This document shows positions 12,931 to 28,159 of a stretch of DNA of 64,000 bases, in pieces. The stretch is from the human T2T-CHM13v2.0 reference genome, Homo sapiens. The notes below the pieces were generated by a model. The model saw only the letters and a list, made by a program, of their open reading frames with translations, made no database searches and was not told where the DNA came from. Where the stretch lies: NCBI RefSeq assembly GCF_009914755.1, contig NC_060927.1. One strand, written 5' to 3'. Both the position numbers and the translations under genes were made by a program. Position 1 is the first letter of the stretch, and each line of letters starts with the position of its first letter.

Positions 12931-14079
12931 AGAGGGAGATAACCTCCCTAATGTGACTATTTTCCTGGCAATGATTATAGAAGCCAAAGACAGTTGCATT
13001 TATAGTAGTCTGTCTCTGTCACCTCTGTCTCTATCTCTGTCTTTCTCTCTCACACACACATACCCTCTCTTCCTGCTCTAAAAACCAAGATAAACAACAA
13101 AAACTATCACATTTTTACCCAAAACTTTTGATCAGTCAGAATCTGAAGCTTGGATGGAAACAAGGGCCAGTGACATAATTTAGGAGAAAATGTCAGTGGC
13201 ACTTGGAGATACCTGCTCCAGATGACGTGCAGCCCCTGGGGATGTCTTCACCTCTGTGCTGCCAGCCTGGGTCATGTTGGCCACATACTTTTCTTACCCT
13301 GTCCTCTCCTCTCTGCAAACTGGCACAGATCCGGTCTCTATTACTATTCAAGTGAGTGGACAGGAACCAATTCCTTCTCTCAAACTTTTCATTTAAATGG
13401 AGGTGAAAAGTCATCCTAATGTGTACTTACTGTGAAGAGTTGCCCCTATAAATGGAGTACTGAATGACAGAGTTAATAAAACATTGAAAAAGAGGCATTT
13501 TCTCACCTGAGAACTTAATTGCTACAGCAAATTTAACAAGGAGCTCTTGACATTCTATTTCATAAAGAGTATTTTATTCTCAAATTGTACCTTTGATTTT
13601 TATACTACAGGGTGAGGGCCCGTCAATGGCCATGGGGAGCATTTCTCTTCCTAAATACCAAGGTGTAATTTATGCACGTCAAGACTAGAACTAATTTATT
13701 TGGTTTACAATATAACTCGAAGTGCCTTTAATTTATGTCCTTATAATTTTGAAAAATTAACTTTCAAAATAAATGAAACCATTACCCATCTTCACAAATA
13801 CAAATATATCATGAGATTTTGTGCAGGTCAAGGGCTCAAGTTATGACGGTGAATGCCCATTGAAGAAGGTCCTATCTTCCCCCCTCTGTAATAGTTTAAA
13901 CCTGAAATATGAATAATAGAATAAATATTTTAGGACTTATTTTTTAAGCAAGTCTAAATAGGGGTTTAATTTTGCCATACTAAAAGAATTTTAACACAGG
14001 ATTTTATATGATAGAATGAGTATACGTTGTTTTTAACAAAAAATATTTTTGAAAATATTACTGATTTCATTAACACATA

Positions 14080-14245
14080 GTGGTTAGGTGTTGATCCCAT
14101 CAATCAGCAGCTCAGCACAAAATAGGTGACACACTCAATATACATATTCCTTGGAGGGTTTGTTCACAAGGGCACAGTTTACAAAGGTGTAGGGTAGGGC
14201 AATCACAAGGGGTGGTGGTGGACCCCCTGGGCTAGAAGTAATAAA
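14080..14245. mobile_element. ERVL-class LTR fragment
   Basis: GACACACTCAA...TTTACAAAGGTGTAGGG...CACAAGGGGTGGTG...CCCCTGGGCTAG resembles old ERVL LTR ends. Confidence 0.4.
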
Positions 14246-14434
14246 GCTCTTTTTATCTGTCTGCTCTTTTTAAAATGAGCAAGTATTGCATTCTAGTAAA
14301 AACAGACAATAAAAGAAATTTTATTTTGAAACACATACACCATTATCATTCTGACTTTATCTAGTTTCAGGGCTTATAAACACTATATTGGTTCTCAGTT
14401 TTCTCAGACCTCCATGGCTCCATAAAATCCAGAT

Positions 14435-14951
14435 GTATTTGTTATAATTAGGTTTTGCTGCATGTGACCCAAGTGACCTCAAACCCAAATTAAGAGGGGC
14501 TTAGAACTGAGAAAGTTTTATTCTCTCCCATAAAATTTCTAGACATGAGTGTCTAGGGCCAATATGTGGCTCTGCAGATACTAAGGGACTCTGTCACCTT
14601 CCAGCCTTCTGCTGCATTGTTTCTGGAATGTGGCCACTTCTGTGAGGTCCAAGATGACTACTGGAGTCTTGGCCATTTTATCCCTATTCTAGCCAGCAGG
14701 AAGGAAAAAAGACAAAGGAAAAAAAATGTGTTCTTCCCCCTTAAAGACATTTGCTTGAGTTGTGTATACCACTTTTACTTGTATCCTGCCTATTGGCTAG
14801 ATCTTAGCAACGTGGCCACACCCAGCTGCAAAGGAGGCTGGAAAATGCCTTTATTATAAGAGTTAGATCCTTCACTAAAATTGGAAGTTCCATTACTGTA
14901 GGAGAAGGAAAAATGGATATGGGAAAATAACCAGCAATGTATGCTATTACA
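14435..14951 (-). mobile_element. MLT1J-type MaLR LTR
   Basis: CCAAGATGACTACTGGAG, ATTGGCTAGATCTTAGCAACGTGGCCACACCCAGCTGCAAAGGAGGCTGGAAAATG; TG...CA ends. Confidence 0.75.
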
Positions 14952-15089
14952 TGCCATATAAAAGACATGATCCAGTTAAACTTTACCCAGTAATTCCTCC
15001 AAATAAAGCCACTGGTCTCATTTAAGACCTAACGTCCGAAATGGAGCTGATTTCCAAAACAAGTGAGGTCTACTCACGCTGGCCACCAA

Positions 15090-15535
15090 GCCCTCCTTGT
15101 TGTTCCATGCATGTGCCAGGCAGCTCAATGCCATTGAACTTACTTGCCCTCTGTTTGGAATGCTCAGATATTTACTTGGTTCATTGCCTCACTCCTTCAC
15201 TTCTTCAGGTCTCCATGAAAATGTCACATTATCAGCAATACTTTACTCCCCACTCTATTTAAAATAGCAATTTAAAATAGTATTCCCCATCCAACACTCT
15301 CTACCTCCTGTTCCCAACTTGATTTTTGTCTTTTACATTGATTTATATCTCATACGGTATATGTTTTGAGTATTCACTCTCTGCCTCACCGCCTCTCAAC
15401 TAGAAAGTAAAAACTCCATGAAGGCAGGAATCTTTTTCTGTTTTAGACAATTCATTTGTCCCCTGACCAAGAGCAGAGCTTGGCACATAATAAGTGTTCA
15501 ACAAATATTGGATCAATGAATTAATGAACAAACAA
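15090..15535 (+). mobile_element. L2 3' end
   Basis: CTCCATGAAGGCAGGAAT...TGGCACATAATAAGTGTTCAACAAATATTGGATCAATGAATTAATGAAC. Confidence 0.8.
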
Positions 15536-15829
15536 ATCTTATATCCCAGGAATCAACACAGTTGAATATGAATTTTATGCAAGAATAAATAAAACAGTTT
15601 CAGAGGTGGCTCATTAAATCCAGAACTCAATTTTGTAAGTAGTTATAGAGCTCTTTTCTCCATTAGGCTCTTTGCTAGGCAATAAGGAAACAATAGTGGG
15701 TAGAGGTGCTGCTTCATAAAACTTTCAACCTGATGAAGGAGAACCATATGAGTTAAATTGTCCTAAAAACAAATACAAAACTGAACTATGCCAGTCACTA
15801 CTAAGGAGAGGGACTCCTTCCTAAGTCAT

Positions 15830-16060
15830 CATTTGATTTTTCATATCACTTCATTTTTTTCTAATATCTTCCAATGAATCTTATTTAACTTCCTATTTGT
15901 CTACCTCTTTATTGTGTATCTTCCCCGACTGAAATAAATGGAGGTCCCAAAATAACGAAAATCTTGTCTTCCTCTTTTGCATATCCCTAGTACCCAGAAT
16001 AGTTCCTAGCACTTAAAAAGGCATCTGTTAAATATTATTGAATGTGTGAATGAGTGAATA
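15830..16060 (+). mobile_element. L2 3' end
   Basis: TATCCCTAGTACCCAGAATAGTTCCTAGCAC...AAATATTATTGAATGTGTGAATGAGTGAAT. Confidence 0.7.
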
Positions 16061-16239
16061 ATGCTACGAATGCCTGGGAGGAATTGAGAAAGGTAAGGGG
16101 AGGATATGATTGATATGAGGAGTGAAGACAAGAAAGAGTTAACTGGGCAAATAAGGAGAGGAAGAACATTCCACTCAGAGGAAAAATGGCATGTGCACAA
16201 GCTCTGTTCAGCTCATGGTTTGTATACACAAACAACTTA

Positions 16240-16432
16240 ACCCATCATTGGTTTTGTAAATAAAGTTTTATTGGAATACAACTACACTCATTCTGTATTG
16301 TCTATGGCTGATTTCACACTACAATGGCAGAGCTGAAAAGGCATAATTGAGTAATTGAGACAGAAACCAAATGAAATGCAAAGTTGAAAGTATTACCATC
16401 TGGTCCTCTACAGAAAAAGTTTGCTGACCATG
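16240..16432 (+). mobile_element. MER58A
   Basis: TTTTGTAAATAAAGTTTTATTGGAATACA...CAGAAAAAGTTTGCTGACC. Confidence 0.85.
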
Positions 16433-16468
16433 ATACAAAGGCTCAATGTTGGACTAAAATGTGGTCGG

Positions 16469-16640
16469 CAGTGCTGCTCAAAGTGTAGTACTCAGACCAG
16501 CAGCATCAGCATCCCCTAGGAAACCATCAGAAATGTACCTGTCAGGCCCCATCCCAGATCTACGGAATCAGAGTCTTGGGGAGCAGAAGTGCAGCAATCT
16601 GTGTTCTCACAAGCTCTCTAGATGATTCTAATACATGCTA
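16469..16640. mobile_element. MER5A
   Basis: CAGTGCTGCTCAAAGTGTAG...CAGCAGCATCAGCATC...GAATCAGAGTCTTGGGG...CAATCTGTGTTCTCACAAGC. Confidence 0.8.
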
Positions 16641-16748
16641 TCTGTTGTGGCAGCTAATAAGAGAAAAAGAAGAGTGTGGTGAGAGTTGAGGCTGCAAAAG
16701 TTGACAGAGGCTAGACCATGCAGGCATAAGGCCATGGTTTAGTTTTTA

Positions 16749-19741
<2,993 letters not shown>

Positions 19742-19929
19742 AAGAACAATAGGAAGACATAACGTGTCAAGCAGTCAGATAGTATGAGCAAACTTGCAAT
19801 TTGGATCACTCTGACTGCAGTGTGAAGAGTAAGTTGTAGGGGGCGCTAGAGTGCAGGCAGCGAGATCCGCTGGAGAGATGATCGTAGTTTGAATTCTGGA
19901 AGACATCGAACCACCATATTCTTGTTTCT

Positions 19930-20075
19930 CTCCTTTAACCTCGCTGAATGTCAGTTTTCTCGTCAGTAAAATGGGGATAGCAATTCATAAATTTGCAATG
20001 AGGTTTAAAAAATAAAATGTATATGACAAACCCAGCACAGTCTCTAGCACAAAATAGGGACTCAACTAATAGGAA
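19930..20075 (+). mobile_element. MIR
   Basis: Core TCAGTTTTCTCGTCAGTAAAATGGGGATAGCAAT. Confidence 0.75.
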
Positions 20076-21089
20076 TTCTCTTCTTGAGATCTATTTTCTT
20101 TTGCTCCTGCTTCACCCTCATTCCTTCATCTTGAATGATGACTCTTGCACTCCACTTTGGCCAGTATACATTATGACAGCTTGGAAGTAGTTGAATACGA
20201 TCCTATTTCCTTTTATCTCCAGCAATATTAGATTCTACCTTTATGATGAACTTTAAAATACTATGAAAAGCAATGAAAAACTCATTCATCCAAGACTTTA
20301 AACTAATTAAGGGAGCCCAGCATTAATACAGTCATTTGCAGGGAATTCTTTTTTGAAGAGAATAATTTTTCTTCATTTATAGCCCACTCTATTCCAAAAG
20401 GGATTTGAGATGGCTTCCAAAAATGTGCACGTCACAGAAAAATTAATTAAAAGGAAGAAAAATTAGACAAAAGGAAAAGAAAGTGATTTAGAGCTATAAG
20501 CTAATTCAGTAAACTCCCTATGACTGTGCCACTAATTTGGCTCTGAGTTTTCTAAAAGTCAATATGCCAAGGAAGTCACAGTAGGTTATGAGATTCAAGG
20601 TCCATACGACTAAAGCATACCAGTGTTCAAGAGGAGCTCTTAACACAGAGGCCAGAGAAAGATGCCTCCCCAGGGTCCCCAGAGTGAAGATACCAAATAA
20701 TTTAACAAACAACATCCTTGGCAGCTTCCAGAACAGCCTTGAAGAATCACTTCCTAATTGCTATGTTTTGTAAAGCCAGGATTCAAGTTAGCATCCTCTA
20801 TGATTTAAGTGGTCCCCTTGAGGGCAGAAGAATTAATGCTGATATTTTATGCTGCTATATTAGTTACTTACAAAGAGAACATGGAAGCTGAAAAGCCAGA
20901 GAGGTCTTTCAGCCTAGGGTTCTCAGGCTGTTTCTTGGATTCCTCAGGTTTTACAGAAATGCTTCAGAGGAACTGGGGTCCTGGAGGAGCATAAAAGAGA
21001 TGCCAAAATCTTGTGCTCCACGTCCCTGGCTTTAGCCACAGCAACACTACTTTCTTTTTAAAAAGTTTGAAAGCCGCAAGGACCTCAGC

Positions 21090-21340
21090 ACAGTGCAGCA
21101 GTTCAGTAAGTGAACTTTGGAGTCATTTGGAGGTCAGAGAGCCTGGGTTAGGATTCAAACTCAGGTACTTTAGCTGTGGGACTTTGGGCAAATTACTTCA
21201 CCCCTCTGTGCCTTAGTTTTTTCCACCGACAAAGGAGGATATCAGTAGTACTTACCACATAGGGACATTGGGAACATTAAATTGTTTGATGCAGATAAAG
21301 CCCTTTAGCCGAATGCATGGTACAGAAAAAGTTCAACAGA
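21090..21340 (+). mobile_element. MIR (near full length); a second minus-strand MIR piece lies at about 21450-21565
   Basis: ACTTTAGCTGTGGGACTTTGGGCAAATTACTTCACCCCTCTGTGCCTTAGTTT. Confidence 0.75.
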
Positions 21341-22469
21341 GGTTTAACAGCAGGAGCCTGGGGAGGAGAAATATTAACCTCTTAATCTACTCCAATATCC
21401 CATGTATTAAGAAATTCCTGCTGTAAAAATATTCTGTCTGCATAAAGGCTACCCAAAATAAAAGTGTCCAGAAGTTGAAGTGACTTGCCCCAAATTACAT
21501 TCCCACTAGCAGAACAGGTGCTTGAACCCAGTGCTCCTGACTTAATTTCCAATGTCCTGTCCACATAAAAAGGAGACTGCTTTCCATTTCTTATGACTGT
21601 GCTCCATTTTGCTCTAAATGCCTCACTGTACCCATTTCATGAAATCCAATATATGGAACAGCAAATGACTCTCATCTCACGGGTGAACTCCAACTGTTAA
21701 TGGCTTTCTAGAGAAGGATTTTATATCATATTCAGGATTAGCACTATAGAGTTTGGCAATCAACTAGTAATGTCTGCTACTAGAAAGAAAAGGGGTAAGT
21801 TTGCATATGCATATCAATGAGTATCAGTGCTTTCAACTCTCCACAGCACATCTCCCCATTCCGAGCACACAATAGGCTGTTTGTCAATATTCAGAGAGTG
21901 ACTCATAGATTTAGGGATTGTTTGCATAAGATATTTTGTAATCATAAAAATCAGTGGTGATAAATTTCATTGACCTTTTACAGAACATAAGGCAGGTGGT
22001 ATTACTTGAGGCTAAGAATTATGAGTATTCAATTATGTACTTTCTCAAGATCCTCCAATATAGAGGAATGCCTTACTGGTTTTGGAAGGCCCATTGCCTG
22101 GAAAATGGAGAGAAACACTGCACTGATTTCTGTTGGGAGCATGTCCTTCTGCAAAAGTCCTAAATCAATTCAAGACTCTTACACAATGGCTGACTTCAAC
22201 ATTTATTGCCTCTGAAACTGAAATTGCTTATTTGCAAATAGTTTTGGCACTGCAGTTACTGGGTCCCTACTTTGCCCAGATGCTGTCCCACTAACTATAA
22301 GCCATAGGACAATGAATCGGAGTTGCTGGCTTCCAGCAAAGATACTAACGTCAGTTAAGCTCAACTAACTTAAGAACATGGATTGATCTAACATAAAGGC
22401 AGGAAAAGTGTTAATAGCATGTATGCTTGGGTCTGTTTATCCTCTCTGCTCCTTAAAATACTTTCTTGC

Positions 22470-24045
<1,576 letters not shown>

Positions 24046-24119
24046 AAAAAAGAAGTTCAATTGCAGATAGGAGAAAAGCAGAGAGAATAGCAGGATGATA
24101 AGAAATAGCCTATATTTCA

Positions 24120-24337
24120 AGCCAGATGCAGCGGCTATTGCCTGCAGTTCCAGCAGTTTGGGAGGCCAAGGCAGGAAGATTGTTTGAGGCCAGAAGTTCA
24201 AGACCAGCCTAGGCAAAACAATGAGACCCTATCTCTACAAAAAATGAAAAAACTAGCAGGGCATGCTGGCACATGCCTGCAGTTCTAACTACTTGGGAGG
24301 CTGAGGCGGGAGTATCGCTTGAGGCCAGGAGTTCAAG
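24120..24337 (+). mobile_element. AluJ, 3'-truncated with no tail but flanked by TSDs
   Basis: J-type GATTGTTTGAGGCCAGAAGTTCAAGACCAGCC; stops at GGAGTTCAAG; TSD AAGAAATAG(C/T)CTATATT at 24100-24116 and 24335-24351. Confidence 0.85.
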
Positions 24338-25089
24338 AAATAGTCTATATTCCTGCAGTGAAAAACAACTAACATATTCAAAATGTATTCTCTAATCTTA
24401 GAAGACAGAATCTGGAAAAAAAATTGCAATGACAAAGCTATATAATGAACATGCTGTGCTTTTTATGCAATTTCTAATCATTTTTATTTAAATGTTTTAT
24501 AAATATTTTTAAAAGCTTGATGAGTTTGCAAGTGCCTCAACATATTTAGAAGTTATTTTGGAACACTTCAAATGGTTTCAAAATCATTTTCAAAAAATTT
24601 CAACTCATCAGCAAGCTTAGAGAACAAACTAGTTTAATATCTAAAATGTTTTGAAATTGTGTCTTAAGATGTTTAGGTTTAGAATAGGGAAAGATTATTT
24701 GGAAACAGTTGTGAAAGCCAACTCTTCAAACTGATCATTTTGAAATTTAAAGTTCTTGTTATCTTGGTGAAAAAGGAGAGGGAATAAATCAAACATTTTA
24801 AAGTCACTTAGAAAGCAACATTTTCAAATTTCAGGGGAAGTAAATTGAAAGTGTGCAAGGATACTTTTTGCAGCCTTGTACTTAACAGTAAAACTTGAAA
24901 ATATGTCTGTCAATAGAAAAACTGATAAATAAGTAAAATATTTAAAATATAATACAAAACATATTCAGCAAAGAATGTAAGTTGTGAAATAAGCAAATCA
25001 TCATCCCGTTTGGTCTTTCCTAGGAAGTTGAATGTGTCTATAAAGCATACCCATGCATATCATATGGATGTCTGGAGGGTGCTGCTCCC

Positions 25090-25538
25090 TGTGAGAAAAC
25101 ATTTTAAATGGTCCATTCTCAAGGCATAATAAATCTAAGTACTGGCAGCCAGCCTGCGGACGTGACAAACCACATGGCTCATGCTCCTAGAAAGTCACGA
25201 TAAGCGAACAGAATGTAGAGGAGGGGTCAGCTCATAAAAGGGAAGAAAGTTTCCTTATCAAAACTTAAGCGGGGAGGGGGACGGGGTATAACCTTATAAG
25301 GGGGATAATGCAACTTAGGCAATGTCTGGCAAAATTGTAACCCCATAGTACTCAACCAGTGAGGAACTGGGGGAGGGACTTGCGTGCTAGGAGATAAATT
25401 ACCTGCCGTAACTGCTCCAGGTGTGCCTGCCTACCAGATATCCCGTCTTGCAAGACTGCTATAAGAATCTCACTTCTGCTGTTCATCGTGTCTCCAAGTC
25501 TATTCCTTGAGTTTGGACAGGTGAATGAGATTCCTACA
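25090..25538 (+). mobile_element. ERVL solo LTR (LTR32-like)
   Basis: TGTGAGAAAACATTTTAAATGGTCCA...TTCCTACA; 5-bp TSD CTCCC/CTCCT. Confidence 0.75.
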
Positions 25539-26804
25539 CTCCTCAGCTTTCAGTGGTGGTTACCCCTAGAGTAAGGCACTGCAAGAGCCTGAGGAATTGG
25601 GGAGTTTTATTTTAATTTATCCCCATTGCATCATTTTAAGATTCTTGGAAATGTAATAAGATACCTAACGGGTTTTTCTTTAAAAACTATGAAAACTGTT
25701 TCAAATGTTTTAAGCATCAAAGAGTTTGAGATATTAAGATGAATTAAACCTCTTCCCAGCTTTTGAAAGATTCAAAATATAGCAACATAGCAAAAATGTT
25801 TAAAAAGTAATTGTCCTATAATATAATAAGCTTTTTATCAATAGCATAAAGTTCAGACGATGCATAGATAAAAGAACATCTGAATCTGTTAGGAATCCTT
25901 CCCAGAAGATAATTGGGCCAATTCTGGAGGGACACATACCGTTGGGTTGAGATATTTCAGACACAGTATCAGAGCCAAGGAATAAAAACGTTCATCTGGG
26001 GGGAACAGTTTAGCTAGACTGGGGGATGGGATCCAGGCTCCTTCATGATTATTGCTGGGAAGGCTGAGCTCAAATTGTGAGCTCTGGAATAAAACAAGAT
26101 GTAAATAAGTAAATATATCAAGCTACAGAACCCATTTGGTTTCAACTCCCAAAACCATGTTTCTCCTACTATATCCCAGGTCTTTCCTTTAATAAAATGT
26201 TCCTGAGTATGGCATCCTTAGACAAAGCTTTCTTTCTAAAGGTAAAATGACACTTCTACCTAACTTATCAAAAGAAATTCTTAAAGAATAACCTTCTTAG
26301 ATTCAGCTTTTAACCTTTTCCTGTTATGCCCATATCTATAAGTGTGTTTGACCTTCCCAGTGATTCAGAGGAATAGATGAGTTGGGGTATTTTTCCTCTG
26401 TTTCATAGCCAAGGTCATGGAGGCCCAGAGACAAGTCATTTTGCAAATTGCTGACTTGGCTGGAAGTTGAGCACGCATGCTTCCTACCTCCAGACCTGAA
26501 CACCTCCCATTGCATCACATCATGAAATGATAATGGGTCCTGAGGGGACATTGCAGGAAAAATACTAGGAGATGTTTATTTCCCCATGATATTTCTTACA
26601 GGACAGAAGTTCTTCTCTCTTCCTCATTATTGAATAAGATAACACTTAATTTATTGCCAGTTAATCCCCAAAGAGGTCAAAATCTATACAAACTTATTTT
26701 AGGTAGAAATCAGTGTTTCCAAAAATAATAAAAGAGAGAAGCTGGTGTTCTGGAAGAAAAATGGGCAACACTCTGCTTTCATCAGGAGTTAACTCATAAT
26801 TTTT

Positions 26805-28157
26805 AAATTTAAATTTTTTATTGACATACAATCATTGTACACATTTATGGGCTACATAGTGATGTTGGGATATATAGAACATATAGTGATCAGATCAGGA
26901 TAATCAGCACATCTATTATCTCAAACACTTATTATTTCTTTGTGTTGGAAGAATTCAACATCCTTTAGCTATTTGAAATTCTATACTATATTATTTTTAA
27001 CTATAATCATACTATGGTGTTATAGAACCCTAGAACTTATTCCTCCTATCTAGTCATAATTTTGTATCCTTTAACAAATCTTTGTCTCCCACTCCTACCA
27101 CTCTTCACAGCCTGCAGTATCCGCTATTCTACTTTTTACTTCTATGAAATCTACTTTGTTTTAGCTTCCACATATGATTAAGAACATGCAGTGTTTAACT
27201 TTCTGTTCCTGGCTTATTTCACTTAACATAATGTCCTCCAGTTCCATCCATGTTGCCACAAATGACAGAGTTTCATTCTTTTTTTATGGATGAAGAGTAT
27301 TTCACTGTGTATATGTACCACATTTTTTTATTCATCATCTATTGTTGGATAGCTAGGTTGATTCCACATCTTGGCTATTGTGAATAGTGCTGCAGTAAAC
27401 ATTAGGGTGAAGATGTCTCTTTGACATACTGATTTCCTTTTCTTTTGGTAAGGAAAGTAGTGGTGGTATTGCTAGATCATATGGTAGTTCTATTTGTAGT
27501 TTTTTGAGGAAACTCTATACTGTTCTCCATAATGGTTGTACTAGTTTCCATTCCCACCAATAGTGTATAAGATTTCTCTTTTCTCTACATTCTTGCCAGC
27601 ATTTGTTATTTCTTGTGTTTTTGGTAATTGTTATCCTAACTGAGGTGAGATGATACCTCACTGTGGTTTTGATTTGCATTTTCCAGTGACTAGTGATATT
27701 GAGCATTTGTCATACATTTGTTAGCCATTTGTGTGTCTTCTTCTGAGAAATGCCTGTTCATATAATTTGCCTATTTTTAAATTAGACTACTTGATTTTGG
27801 AGATTTTATTTTGGTATGACTTTTGATGTTCAGTTGTTTGAGTTCTTTGTATATTCTAGACATTAATCTCCTGCAGATGAATGGTTGGCAAATATTTTCT
27901 CTTATTCTGTAGGTTGTCTTCTTACTACATTGTTTCCCTTGCTGTATAAAATCTTTTTAGTTTGATATAATCTCATTTGTTTATTTTTGATTTTGTTGCC
28001 TCTGTTTTTAAGGTCTTATTCATAAAACTTTTTCCCAGATTAATGTCCTGAAGTGTTTTCCTTATGTTTTCTTCTGGTAGTTTTATAGTTTCAGGTCTAA
28101 TATTATGTTCTTGATCCATTTGGGGTTGATTTTTTAATAAAGTGAGAGGTGGGGGAT
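26805..28157 (-). mobile_element. L1MA (L1MA4/5-type) 3' fragment
   Basis: Antisense 3'UTR TATAGTGATCAGATCAGG...TCTCAAACACTTAT; minus-strand peptide MQIKTTVRYHLT...NNKCWQEC. Confidence 0.85.
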
Positions 28158-28159
28158 AG

